Counted from the stretch's first letter, positions 39,501 through 49,142 are shown. The stretch is DNA of 64,000 nt from Candidatus Cloacimonadales bacterium (GCA_963662275.1 OY759316.1:1632001-1696000); one strand, 5' to 3'. The notes: generated by a model not told the origin, from the sequence alone. Numbers and translations: made by a program.

Positions 39501-40150
39501 GGAACCAGCATCTGAATATTACTTTTGATTCACAAACCGCCATGATAAATCCTAAGGCTGTGTTAATCAATCCAATTCATCCCTTGATAAAACAAGCTGC
39601 CCATTTTGCTAATACAGAGAAGAATTCTTATGTCATGTTGAAAGTATCTGATGTTGAAGTTCCAGCAGGGTCATATGAGTTCGTTATCTATCAATGGCAA
39701 TTGCATGGCATTAGAAGCGACCTGATTCTTAAGCCTATCACAACATCAGATGTCGTAACGAATAATTTCACAAGATTACTGGAAAAAGCCACTGATATTC
39801 AAACTGCAAATGAACCAATTACAGATAATACTGCATGGGAAAACCTGGAAGAAACACACTATTCGATTTGGAAGAAAGCCAGGGATGAACACAAATCAAA
39901 GACCATCCAGCTCTCTGCCTACCAAAAGGAAAGCCTGAATAAGAGCCACAATGCTCGTATGGCACTTCTGGAAGAGCAATTATCTCAGTCAACAGACGAG
40001 AAAATTCAAAGAATGCGTAGGTCCCAGATTACCAATGCGGAAGCTGATTTTGCAAGAAGAGTACAAGACTTGGATATTGCAGTAGAGAGAGCAGAGATAA
40101 CTGCTGGGGTTGTGATGCATGGGATTTTGACTGTAGAAGTAGAGGATTAG
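36584..40150 (+). CDS. Swt1-like HEPN domain fused to a RapA/DrmD-like SNF2 helicase
   Basis: RBS AAGGAG + GTG. LDLAALLRVFDGNW and RNRWSH (HEPN Rx4H). SH3/Tudor-like FTVGQIVRL. ADSVGVGKT, VDEAHH, TATP, GCEGLD, YDLPWNP and QRIGRIDR. Confidence 0.85.
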   Translation: MEYENDYYHIISKFLNDSVKDITRYLNTQLPEISNNWWVELVLTSLSHQQKERITRANNTSLEGLDLAALLRVFDGNWYGISSHLNLAPEMRHYVKEMQTVRNRWSHVSSVRIADDDIYRDLDTLQRFLILINSDNELIERVKEQKGLVLGKAKNQEDGNSMNINKQNSTESEFTVGQIVRLKANPDLHGAVVVIKNGQPENRYSVFINGEVQTYYASQLDVLEKEPEYKKISADEFHALLTALQIRFPNLSTLYSLNSARIDFIPYQFRPVLKFIRSDRPRLLIADSVGVGKTIEAGLILRELQARRDIKSVLIICPRPLVVEEKWLKEMKRFDERFTQLNSALLRHCISETNLDGVWPEQHNKTILPYSLFDETLLEGNQKKGGRTKIGLLNLDPPPRFDMVIVDEAHHIRNQNTFRHKAVKFFCDNAEAVVFLTATPVQLGSHDLFVLLNTLRPDLIIDQESFTHLAEPNAFINQAVSSARNAEQDWQLKTQEAMKEAANTAWGQSIMQHNPEYIRIITELANESVTPEQRVQMITEIENLHTFSSIINRTRRRDIGNFTLRKPETVMVEFTLEQSLIHDELLNIQAKILTKLHGDTSINFMMSTIRRQAASCIFGLVPFLNSILSRHLDEFEVTEYDDSDTSIIPDNISAIQDQIDVIVDLAKQISEDDPKLEALRKIIADKQHTPNNKLMLFSSFRHTLKYIYENLVADGFRVGLIHGGVHDDERLELRRRFELPKEDIESLDIVLFSEIGCEGLDYQFCDAMVNYDLPWNPMRIEQRIGRIDRNGQKSEKVVIYNLITPGTIDADIYERCLMRIGVFNNTIGAGEEILGEITKEIKDIAENLSLNEEERRARLQQLSDNKIRLIQEQNELEQKQLELFGILLPQNQMKKEIESASSYWLTSSMLEHLINRYLITKLGLDQEFILGEKELKTLRLSQEARALLLKDLHQLILPKSSVLKEWEDWLKGGNQHLNITFDSQTAMINPKAVLINPIHPLIKQAAHFANTEKNSYVMLKVSDVEVPAGSYEFVIYQWQLHGIRSDLILKPITTSDVVTNNFTRLLEKATDIQTANEPITDNTAWENLEETHYSIWKKARDEHKSKTIQLSAYQKESLNKSHNARMALLEEQLSQSTDEKIQRMRRSQITNAEADFARRVQDLDIAVERAEITAGVVMHGILTVEVED

Positions 40151-40153
40151 ATT

Positions 40154-43100
40154 ATGAGTAAGCAATTTGAAGATATTAAGCAAATTAGAAGAGATAAGTA
40201 CTTGTTAGATGATTCTGAATATAGCAAGGTTATAATTCCAATGTATCAAACATTAAAAAATATTCTAGGGAGTTTGGCAGAAGATCTTAACTCAAAAGAA
40301 ACTCATTTTATATTTGAACTGATTCAAAATGTAGAAGATAACTACTATGATAATTGCAAACCTTCACTTAGTATTCATTTACTAAGACATGATCCCACAA
40401 ATACACCGAACTCAGATGGAGCTTTGCTAATAGTCAATAATGAAATTGGTTTCAATTATTCAAATATTGATGCTATATGTGATGCTAAACATTCAACAAA
40501 AAAGGATATAACGGGATACATAGGGGAGAAAGGTATCGGTTTCAAGTCAGTTTTCAAAGTTACCACCACTCCTCATATCATTTCAGGAGGTTATCAGATA
40601 CGACTACCGAAAGAGCTAAAGTATTCTGACCTTGGATACATAGTACCTGAATGGGTTGAAGATATTCCTATTGGAATAGATACCACAAAAACAAATATCA
40701 TCCTACCGCTTGATGTAGAAAATTATGGGTTTAATAGCATGGCTAAATATCTACGTGATTTTTCTCCTGTGACATTTCTATTTCTTTCAAAATTAACGGA
40801 ACTTAATTTTGCTTCTGATGATGGCTTTAAAAGATCAATACTGAAGGAAGGCACCGCTAATGGGATAACCACTATCAAGGTAAATGGATACAATGGAGAT
40901 GAGATGATTGATTACTCATCTCGATACTTAATGTTTTATGATGATTATAAGAGGCCAGCAGATTTGCATGAGCCTGAGAGAAAGAATGTAAAGACCAGTA
41001 GAATGTATATAGCTCTTCCACTTGATGCAGATAACGAAGAAGGTAAACTTTTTGCTTATCTACCGCTTAACACTGAAACTGGATTACCATTTATCATAAA
41101 TGCAGATTTTATCATCACTAGTTCTAGGGATACTTTACATGAAGACAGACCATGGAACTGCTGGCTTAGAGACAATTTAAATGACCTATATCTTTCTGCC
41201 TTCTCCCATTGGGTACAATCAACAGATCAATTACTTAATCTTTTTTACTATGTTCCTTTAGAAACTAATTCTGACTTCTTCAAGCCAGTCATCCAGCCAA
41301 TCATAGAAGGCTTAAAATCAAAGAAAATTGTGCCAACAGAACCTTTTCAAGAAGGGCAGGATGTATTTTTGGAAATACATTATAAAGTCTTCAGACCTCT
41401 CTCTAAATTCAGGGAACTTCTGAATAGAGATGGCTATCCACAAGAGTTATTGCAAAATAGAATTTTACATGAAGCACTTGATAAGGACAAACTTTCCGAA
41501 GTTTGGTCGAAGTTGGGAGTTGAGACGATTTCATCTGATTCAATTATTCAATGCTTCAAGGATAATCATTGGCTTGAAAAGCAATCTTTGGAATGGTTTG
41601 AAGAAGCACATATTTTTCTTTCAAGCCTTGAGATTGACACTGAAATTCTGAGAGAGTGCTCCATAATACCAATTGCTGACGGAAGTAAATTTACTCTTTC
41701 TAATTGTAAAAAGCAACAGATATTCTTTGCAGGTGCAAGTCAGTTTGACGATTTGTTAACTAAGACTCCAAGTTTTATCTCAGTGTCTGTAGGGTTTATG
41801 TCCGAGGAATTGTATTCAAGAATAATGGAAAATGATAAACTCATGAAATGGTATAAAGAAGTTATGGAAGTTAAAGAACTTACTCTTGATAGCTATATCA
41901 AAGAGATTGTCGGTTTTCTTCACCATAACGACTTACAATGGAGTGATGAAGAAATTTTAGAAGCAACTGAGTTCTTAATTGATTCCGGTTGTGGAAAGTC
42001 ACTTCTCTCTGATATGCCACTTTTAATCAATGATGGTACGCGCAAATCAAAGAATGAAAAGAAAGAGATAGTTACTCCTATGGGTCTTGATATCGAAAGT
42101 GGCTGGCAAAACATCTTCGTTAGTGATGATGACCGTCAACATCTATTAATTCTCTCAGATAAGTACCTATCTATTGAAGAGTCAAAAATAGGAAAGTGTT
42201 TTGAAATGCTATCGGCTACAGAATCTCCGCTATTAAGAACTGATAATTTAAAAGACTTGTATCGTGATACAGAATTTTATGATTATGATTTAATTGTTAG
42301 TGAAGATAAGTTTAGCACTAATGAACTGAAAGAACTAAAAAGAATTGCATATAGATCAACAGGCAATAAAAGGCATATGATGGAGCTGGAGAGAATTATT
42401 TCTCCATCGATAATTTATAAGTCGATTTCTGAATGCCTCAGCATATCTATTCTTAAGTGGTTGAAAGGAATTTCTAAGAGAGGAAAAGATAATGATTATT
42501 CACTGAAGAATAAATTGTTATCGAAAATTACGTATAAATACCGAAATGAAGGACCAGAACCAATCGATTCCGAATTACTGATTTTTTTGAAAACACGCCC
42601 ATGGTTAACCACAAATACTGGATTCTGCATTCCACGTGAAACATTTCAGATGAAGGACGGTATCTATGAAGAGCTAAAAGATGCCGTACCATATGCACCG
42701 AAGGATTTACCTGATTCAATAATACGTCTTCTTGAAATAAATACGGAAGTAACTTTAACACACCTATACGCATTGTTGAAACATCACTCAGAGCATAACA
42801 CGGGAACACTTGCTTTAGTGCAAAGTTTATATTTTGCTCTTAATAGAAGATTGTTAAATGCTGATTCAAACCAGTTGAATGCAGTGAAAGAGTTTGCTAA
42901 GCAAAGAGTAATTCTAAACCCATCAGAAACGGAAAATAGATGGGTATATCGCAAAAATTCTATCTGGAGCGATAGAAGCGATTTATTTGGGGATGAATTC
43001 ATCTACCTTAGTTCTATTTACTCACAGAAGCTCAAAGATTTCTTTATTCAGCGTTTGGGTGTGGAAGAAGATGCTTCAGAAGAGCATTATGCAACGCTTT

Positions 43101-44731
43101 GGTTGAATATTCAAGAATCTGAGATTGTTAGTATACAAAAAACTGAAGAAATCCTAACAACGGTTTATAATGTACTGAAACCCATTTTAGAAAAAACACC
43201 ATTTCCATTACCAGACTGGTTGAAAGGACTTCAATTTAAGTCAAAGATTTGGACGCTGAAAAGTACTTTTTCCCCTAAAAACAAAGTATTCATTCCAGAT
43301 TGTGGTACATTAGTAGAAGCATTCCATAGCCATGACATCGAGTTTATGTGGTATCCTGAAGGTTCATATAACCCGTGGAATGCATTTCACAGAACTTTCA
43401 ATATAAGGTCATTGAGAACTACTGTACAGACAAAACGACAAAGTATTGAGTATTCAGAAAAAGTGCAATCTAACACGTATTTTACGAGTTCAGCTAAGAA
43501 GCTTATTGCTGTTAAGTTAAAAGAAGAACAACGACCAATATATGATTTGTTATATGGTGACGGTCGTTTGAAGAAGTTGATGACAATAATTGAGTTAAAG
43601 ACTCAAGTTATCAAAGTTTCTTATACCTTGGATAGTATATCTGAAATACTGGAAAGAGATTGTTATTGGGACACAGTGGAAAATTCAATATTCTACACAG
43701 AAGAGTGCAGTAAGTATTTGATTGCTAAACATGTCGCCGAAGAATTAAACACGTCTAAAATGAATGATTTGCTTAATTTATTACAATCCTGTTTATCTTC
43801 TACTGAAAAAGAATTGTATGCTCTACTCAAAGAAGAAAACTGGAGTATACCCGAAGAAATCAAATTGATTCTGAATGAAATAGAACTGATTGAAGATATA
43901 TCAAAATCTGAACCTGAGTCTCAAGTTGTTGATGAACAATCACCTAAACTATCAGCTACCGAAAATGAGCAAATACACAATACTGAGCCACATTATAGTA
44001 TGCAACAACAGCTCCAGAGAAACAAACAAGTGCAAAGCATTCATAGTGATGGTTTCAATCCAAAACCAACAATGGAGTCAATTCAAAATTCATTTAGTGG
44101 TGCTTCATCCAAAGTACAACGAAATAAATCCTCTGATGAAAATGATACTATAGAACAATCAACTGATTATTCGCTTCTGATTTCAAAGCGATTTAGTAGT
44201 AATGATAAGCCTATAGTAGACTTAATTGAAGTGCCAGATGAAGTAGTCAATCCTGCTAGGAGAAGAGCAAAAGAACTCCAAAATCACCAAACTAGAATTG
44301 CAAATGAACCTGACCATGAAAGTCGTAGAAGAATTGTTGAAAAAGCAATTCTTGAAGGTCCTGATGAGAGCATTAGAATGAGTCTTCTAGACTGGTATCG
44401 AGGTAAATGCCAAATTTGTGGTTGTGATAATGGGTTTATACAAAGAAATGGATATCCGTACTATATTTCAACATATATTGTAGAAAGGAAGTTTGCTTCA
44501 CATGCAGACAATAAAGGCAATGCGTTATGCTTATGCGCTGAACATTTCGCTAAACTGAATCTTGCAAGAGAAAATAATCAAAATGATTTAATCAATCAGC
44601 TTCATGAGTTAAGCACTGAGAATGGCAATCAAGATGTTCATTTTATCCTCTATGGTAAACCAGAAAGAATTAGATTTGTTAAAGATCATATTATAGCCCT
44701 TCAAACATACTTAAATAAATTAGGAGTATAA
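40154..44731 (+). CDS. Sacsin/NOV-like GHKL ATPase with a C-terminal HNH-like Zn-binding domain
   Basis: HFIFELIQNVEDN, NNEIGF, STKK, IGEKGIGFKSVF, FAYLP and INADF motifs. C-terminal YRGKCQICG...NALCLCAEH. Starts 3 bp after the helicase stop. Confidence 0.8.
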   Translation: MSKQFEDIKQIRRDKYLLDDSEYSKVIIPMYQTLKNILGSLAEDLNSKETHFIFELIQNVEDNYYDNCKPSLSIHLLRHDPTNTPNSDGALLIVNNEIGFNYSNIDAICDAKHSTKKDITGYIGEKGIGFKSVFKVTTTPHIISGGYQIRLPKELKYSDLGYIVPEWVEDIPIGIDTTKTNIILPLDVENYGFNSMAKYLRDFSPVTFLFLSKLTELNFASDDGFKRSILKEGTANGITTIKVNGYNGDEMIDYSSRYLMFYDDYKRPADLHEPERKNVKTSRMYIALPLDADNEEGKLFAYLPLNTETGLPFIINADFIITSSRDTLHEDRPWNCWLRDNLNDLYLSAFSHWVQSTDQLLNLFYYVPLETNSDFFKPVIQPIIEGLKSKKIVPTEPFQEGQDVFLEIHYKVFRPLSKFRELLNRDGYPQELLQNRILHEALDKDKLSEVWSKLGVETISSDSIIQCFKDNHWLEKQSLEWFEEAHIFLSSLEIDTEILRECSIIPIADGSKFTLSNCKKQQIFFAGASQFDDLLTKTPSFISVSVGFMSEELYSRIMENDKLMKWYKEVMEVKELTLDSYIKEIVGFLHHNDLQWSDEEILEATEFLIDSGCGKSLLSDMPLLINDGTRKSKNEKKEIVTPMGLDIESGWQNIFVSDDDRQHLLILSDKYLSIEESKIGKCFEMLSATESPLLRTDNLKDLYRDTEFYDYDLIVSEDKFSTNELKELKRIAYRSTGNKRHMMELERIISPSIIYKSISECLSISILKWLKGISKRGKDNDYSLKNKLLSKITYKYRNEGPEPIDSELLIFLKTRPWLTTNTGFCIPRETFQMKDGIYEELKDAVPYAPKDLPDSIIRLLEINTEVTLTHLYALLKHHSEHNTGTLALVQSLYFALNRRLLNADSNQLNAVKEFAKQRVILNPSETENRWVYRKNSIWSDRSDLFGDEFIYLSSIYSQKLKDFFIQRLGVEEDASEEHYATLWLNIQESEIVSIQKTEEILTTVYNVLKPILEKTPFPLPDWLKGLQFKSKIWTLKSTFSPKNKVFIPDCGTLVEAFHSHDIEFMWYPEGSYNPWNAFHRTFNIRSLRTTVQTKRQSIEYSEKVQSNTYFTSSAKKLIAVKLKEEQRPIYDLLYGDGRLKKLMTIIELKTQVIKVSYTLDSISEILERDCYWDTVENSIFYTEECSKYLIAKHVAEELNTSKMNDLLNLLQSCLSSTEKELYALLKEENWSIPEEIKLILNEIELIEDISKSEPESQVVDEQSPKLSATENEQIHNTEPHYSMQQQLQRNKQVQSIHSDGFNPKPTMESIQNSFSGASSKVQRNKSSDENDTIEQSTDYSLLISKRFSSNDKPIVDLIEVPDEVVNPARRRAKELQNHQTRIANEPDHESRRRIVEKAILEGPDESIRMSLLDWYRGKCQICGCDNGFIQRNGYPYYISTYIVERKFASHADNKGNALCLCAEHFAKLNLARENNQNDLINQLHELSTENGNQDVHFILYGKPERIRFVKDHIIALQTYLNKLGV

Positions 44732-44848
44732 AATGACACTTGTCTGTGATGTTAAGAATAATATGTGTAAAAGATTTCAAAGTAATGAGTGACGGAGAAG
44801 AGCTTTAAGAATGGAAAGATTGAAAAGAGGAGATTGATATCCACATTT

Positions 44849-44909
44849 TCATAAATCTTGACATCAAACCAAGTTCTATGATTATTCATTAATAAGAATA
44901 ATCGATAAT
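44849..44909 (+). promoter_or_regulatory. Putative promoter segment duplicated upstream of both ABC-ATPase modules (second copy 47252-47313)
   Basis: TCATAAATCTTGACATCA is identical in both copies, followed by TATGATTnTTCATTA and TAAnCGATAAT. Confidence 0.65.
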
Positions 44910-44997
44910 ATGAAAATGATAAACGGGGAATGAAAATTAGACTTGACTTTGCAAATTAACTAAGATTATAGAGTTAATCAAAAAAAGGTGTAGCTAA

Positions 44998-46320
44998 ATG
45001 GCGCATATTCATATTGAGAATTTTAATCAGATTTCTTTATTTGATGCTGACATTACTGACTTGATGGTTTTCATTGGACCGCAAGCAAGTGGTAAAAGCA
45101 CATTAAGCAAATTGATATACTTTTTTAAAGCAATTCCGCAAGAAGTAGTTATGAATTTATTTGGGAAGCTTTCTAATAAAGGAGATCAAGATTATTTAGA
45201 TGGATTATTAGATGCATTGCGAAAGAAATTTGAGCGAATATTCATAACTCATACATTTAGTAAAAAATTCAGAATTGATTATCATTTTCATGAAAATGCG
45301 ATCATTACTATTTCAATTCAGGACAGTCCAGGAATAACAATCTCTTTATCAACTCCACTACGAAAGAGCCTTGAAAGTACATCAGAAATAATAAAGCCGT
45401 CTATTAAAACTATTAATGAACATGAAATATCCGACACGAATTCATCTGAAAGAACTGATATCTCATCTTTTGGACAACGAATTATGATTAGACAGATTGT
45501 TGAAGATGCATTTAAGGATTATTGCCAACCGCTATTTATTCCTGCAGGAAGAAGCATTGTTTCATTTATTCCAGATATTACGGCTTTGAGGACTTATGAA
45601 GAGATTACACATAAAAAAGCTCTTTTTCTTGATCTTGTTATGTCACAATTCTTCTTTTCGACAGCTAATATCCGGGACTACTTTGAAACTGAATATAGCT
45701 TAAGAACAGAAGTGAAAGAAAATAGCAGTTCAAATGCAATTCAAGAACTAATCGCAGATAAAATCAGAAAGATAATAAAAGGTGATTATGAAGCAAATGA
45801 CAATGGAGATTGCATTTACTACTCTCCAAACGAATGGATTACACTTTTAGCTGCTTCATCGGGTCAGCAAGAATCAATATGGATTTTATTAGCAATTTAT
45901 TTCAATTTTATAGAAATTAATTTCCAAAGAACATTTTCTGTTATTGAAGAACCTGAAGCTCATCTGTTTCCAGATGCCCAAAGAGATATTGCAGAGCTGT
46001 TAGTTTTGTTTAGTAATTTGGAAAATAACCAAATGATTATTACAACACACAGTCCCTATATACTGACTTCGCTCAATAATTTGATCTATGCTTTCCAGGT
46101 AGGTCTGAAAAAGCCAAAAGAAGTACAAAAGATTATAGATAAAAATTACTGGCTAAACCCTAAGAAAGTCAGTGTTTACTTCCTTGACCCCAATGCACCT
46201 GTATTTGCCAGATCAATTATGGATTCAGAATTGAATCTAATTAAGGCAGAGGAGATTGATGCTATTTCTTCTAAGTTGAATGATATATTTGATAAATTGG
46301 AAGACATTGAGAATTCATAA
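44998..46320 (+). CDS. ABC-type (AAA_15/AAA_21-like) ATPase, putative defence component
   Basis: Walker A GPQASGKST, FIPAGRS, signature ASSGQQE, Walker B IEEPEAHLFP, H-loop TTHSPY. Confidence 0.88.
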   Translation: MAHIHIENFNQISLFDADITDLMVFIGPQASGKSTLSKLIYFFKAIPQEVVMNLFGKLSNKGDQDYLDGLLDALRKKFERIFITHTFSKKFRIDYHFHENAIITISIQDSPGITISLSTPLRKSLESTSEIIKPSIKTINEHEISDTNSSERTDISSFGQRIMIRQIVEDAFKDYCQPLFIPAGRSIVSFIPDITALRTYEEITHKKALFLDLVMSQFFFSTANIRDYFETEYSLRTEVKENSSSNAIQELIADKIRKIIKGDYEANDNGDCIYYSPNEWITLLAASSGQQESIWILLAIYFNFIEINFQRTFSVIEEPEAHLFPDAQRDIAELLVLFSNLENNQMIITTHSPYILTSLNNLIYAFQVGLKKPKEVQKIIDKNYWLNPKKVSVYFLDPNAPVFARSIMDSELNLIKAEEIDAISSKLNDIFDKLEDIENS

Positions 46321-46769
46321 TGTCTAATTGTATTCCAAATTATCAGGAGAGCATAGAGCAATCCGGCAAACATCAGATAATTGTATGTCAGGAGAAAAAT
46401 CGGGTATTTGAACTCACAAACGCTAATAGTCATCATTTCGAGAAAGTTAAAATAGATAAGGGATTGATATCTCAAAAAGATCCGAGAAAACGCTGTGATT
46501 TTGGGATTTATTTTAACCAATTAAATATCTGTTATTTAATTGAATTAAAAGGCAGTGATTTTCGCGAAGCAGTTTCTCAAATCAACTCAACCCTTGATAT
46601 TTTTGCACAACATCTATCTTCTGTAGATCATGTCAATGCAAGGATAGTTTATAAGAAATCAACACCAGATATCAGAGACACAGCTAGCATTAAATTAAAA
46701 AGCAGAGTAGAAAAACAATTCAAGGGTACGTTTCTATATAGTACAATAAAGATGACTGAATCTATCTGA
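46320..46769 (+). CDS. Small putative PD-(D/E)XK nuclease coupled to the ATPase
   Basis: KIDKG...KRCDF...LIELKG motif. TAATG stop/start overlap. Confidence 0.65.
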   Translation: MSNCIPNYQESIEQSGKHQIIVCQEKNRVFELTNANSHHFEKVKIDKGLISQKDPRKRCDFGIYFNQLNICYLIELKGSDFREAVSQINSTLDIFAQHLSSVDHVNARIVYKKSTPDIRDTASIKLKSRVEKQFKGTFLYSTIKMTESI

Positions 46770-46977
46770 TTAAAACGTAACTAATTCCTTCTATAAATAT
46801 TTCGGACTAAGAGAGGGCATAGGGTACGCTCCAACAGAGCCACTTAATTTGGAGGTGATAGCCACCTTACTTTTGGGAATATATGATTTATTAGGCTTTT
46901 TCGAAGTCAGTAAGAAAAACAGAATCTAACTGTCCCTCTTGAAGAAGGTTGTAGGTGGTTGGGTGTTGGTTGTAGAA

Positions 46978-47183
46978 CAGAGCATAGCCGTTTGAAAACA
47001 GCGTTCTGACAGATGTCACCCCTAAAGAGGTTTGGAATGGGATTATGTTGCATGCTTCCTGTGGTTCCACTTCGTTCCACTACAGGCTATCGGATCTCAT
47101 CTCTACGAGATTCAATTGAATGTTTGAGTCTCATTTCACCGGATTGAAATCCAGTGTTAATATGCTTCTTCCCTCTGGGAATT
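46978..47183 (+). repeat. ~205-bp multi-palindrome intergenic repeat (intact copy)
   Basis: Homologous to 49143-49265 joined to 51158-51231: CAGAGCATAGCCGTTTGAAAACAG...GATGTCACCCCTAAAG...ACAGGCTATCGGAT...CACCGGATTGAAATCCAGTGTTAATATG. Confidence 0.88.
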
Positions 47184-47326
47184 TGCTGTCGGAACGCTTA
47201 ATTTAAGCTATGAGATTTCACTCCTGTGGAGTTTCGTATTTCCTAACTTTCTCATAAATCTTGACATCATAACAATGTTATATGATTTTTCATTACAGAA
47301 AGTAACCGATAATGAATGAGGCATAA

Positions 47327-48406
47327 ATGAACAGTTTAAATAATAGCGATAATCATTTTTTGAAAACACTAGAAATTCATGATTACAAGTGTTTTAAAAA
47401 CTTGTATATTACTACAAATCTAGAATTTGAGAGAGTAAATCTTATAAGTGGTAATAACAACATTGGGAAAACCGCATTGCTAGAATCATTGTTACTTTTC
47501 TCTTTTGAACGTCAAACACATAGTGATTCTTCCGAGGTTAAGCATAGTGAGCGATATCTTGCAAATGTAATTTATCAAATATTAAGCAATAGGAAATGCT
47601 TTGAATTAACAGAATCTGAAAAACTACAAAATTCTCCTTTCCCTTCATATAAACTGCTAAAATCCTTTCGAGATAGAACTCCCAGTTTCTACATATGTTC
47701 ATATGAGAAACATGTAAGAAATTTAAGACCTATATTCAGTTTAAAGATGGATTCAAGATCTTTTGAGATATTCAATGCAAATGAATATTCGGTTAATTTC
47801 GAAAATCTCGATATCGAATTATTTGATTTAAGTTTCAATGCCTTTTTTGGTACAGCTAATGGATTTGAACGAAATCTTCCTACATTAATAAATGCTGCCA
47901 AGAAAGCATTTAAGATAGACAGCATTAACAAATCAATCAATCAATTTGATTCAAGATTTGATGAAGTCGATGTGATTGACAAAGAAGTTATGCTAAAAAA
48001 TCAAAAAGAATCCAAATACGAATCCATTCATAACGTTGGGGCTGGTTACGAAAGGTACATTTCGATGCTTGCTGCAATCTGGGCATATTCGGGGCAAATC
48101 CTGTTTATTGATGAAATAGAAAATGGACTGCATTACAGCAAATATAAAATGCTTTGGGAATTGATATTTAAAGTAAGTAAGGAAGCCAATTGCCAGGTAT
48201 TTGCCACAACTCATTCATTGGAATGCATCAAAGCTTACAATACAGTTCAAATGCGTGAGGATATGTCAGAGGCGTCTGAAGGTACAGCCTATTATGAATT
48301 GTTCAAAGAAGAGGATACCGGAAAGATTGATATCTTCAAACTGGATAAAGATCTTTTAGATTATAGTCTAAAGAGTGGGAAGGGTATTCGCGGTGAGCAA
48401 GAGTAG
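47327..48406 (+). CDS. ABC-type (AAA_15/AAA_21-like) ATPase, putative defence component
   Basis: YKCF, Walker A GNNNIGKT, GAG signature, Walker B IDEIENGLH, TTHS. Confidence 0.88.
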   Translation: MNSLNNSDNHFLKTLEIHDYKCFKNLYITTNLEFERVNLISGNNNIGKTALLESLLLFSFERQTHSDSSEVKHSERYLANVIYQILSNRKCFELTESEKLQNSPFPSYKLLKSFRDRTPSFYICSYEKHVRNLRPIFSLKMDSRSFEIFNANEYSVNFENLDIELFDLSFNAFFGTANGFERNLPTLINAAKKAFKIDSINKSINQFDSRFDEVDVIDKEVMLKNQKESKYESIHNVGAGYERYISMLAAIWAYSGQILFIDEIENGLHYSKYKMLWELIFKVSKEANCQVFATTHSLECIKAYNTVQMREDMSEASEGTAYYELFKEEDTGKIDIFKLDKDLLDYSLKSGKGIRGEQE

Positions 48407-49085
48407 GATCTTTGTTGAAGGGACAAGCGACGCTACATTCATTCGACAACTTATTAAGAAGAAATTCGGTATTGAATCCGTACAAGTTGAATCGACGGTT
48501 GATGAAGATGCTGAATGTCTGTTTGATATTGATCCTATAGGTGGTAACTTAAGTGAACCAGCTTTAAGAGAACCGATAAGAAATGTAATAAACCGAATGC
48601 CTAAGCATAAGAATGTCAATACAATTGCCATCATTGTTGATGCTGACAATAACATCGATGATAAACGTATTTTGTTTGGGCAATTGATGACAGAATTAGA
48701 ATTTCAATGTATCGCTCCAGATGAATATCAACATGCGAGAGAAAACCTAACAGTAAAATGCTTTTTCATTGGTATTAAGACTGGAGATTCGGTTGTTGGA
48801 GAGCTTGAAGATATTCTTACCTTGATAAGAAAGTCAGAAACTACACATCATGCTGATTGTTTGGATAAATGGAATGAATGCCTTAATGCTAAAGATAAGC
48901 CATTTAATGCAAAAGCTCTTAAGAAGTTGAAGACCTATTTCTATTGGCGTTTTGATATTTTCAAATCTAATCAAAGTAATGCCAAAGAGAATTGCACGTT
49001 TGAGAAATCATTTGATAAGGATGGTTGGGATTTAGAGCATCCGATATTAGAAGAACTAACGGCATTCCTTGCTTCCTTGGTATAA
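48393..49085 (+). CDS. TOPRIM-like (DUF3226-type) protein coupled to the ATPase
   Basis: FVEGTSD and IIVDAD TOPRIM motifs, GELED. GTG start overlaps the 3' end of the ATPase. Confidence 0.75.
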   Translation: MSKSRIFVEGTSDATFIRQLIKKKFGIESVQVESTVDEDAECLFDIDPIGGNLSEPALREPIRNVINRMPKHKNVNTIAIIVDADNNIDDKRILFGQLMTELEFQCIAPDEYQHARENLTVKCFFIGIKTGDSVVGELEDILTLIRKSETTHHADCLDKWNECLNAKDKPFNAKALKKLKTYFYWRFDIFKSNQSNAKENCTFEKSFDKDGWDLEHPILEELTAFLASLV

Positions 49086-49114
49086 CAATTACAAATACGA
49101 GTCCAAAAGAAGAT

Positions 49115-49138
49115 GGGTCTACTTCCGCAGACCCCTAC
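49115..49138 (-). repeat. GTAG-type REP-like hairpin
   Basis: Minus strand reads GTAG-GGGTCT-gcggaagt-AGACCC. Confidence 0.55.
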
Positions 49139-49142
49139 ATTG

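Noticed and set aside
35700..44731. Assignment to DISARM, BREX, Zorya or Druantia
   Set aside because: Only a DrmD/RapA-like helicase core is shared. The required methyltransferase and other signature genes are absent.
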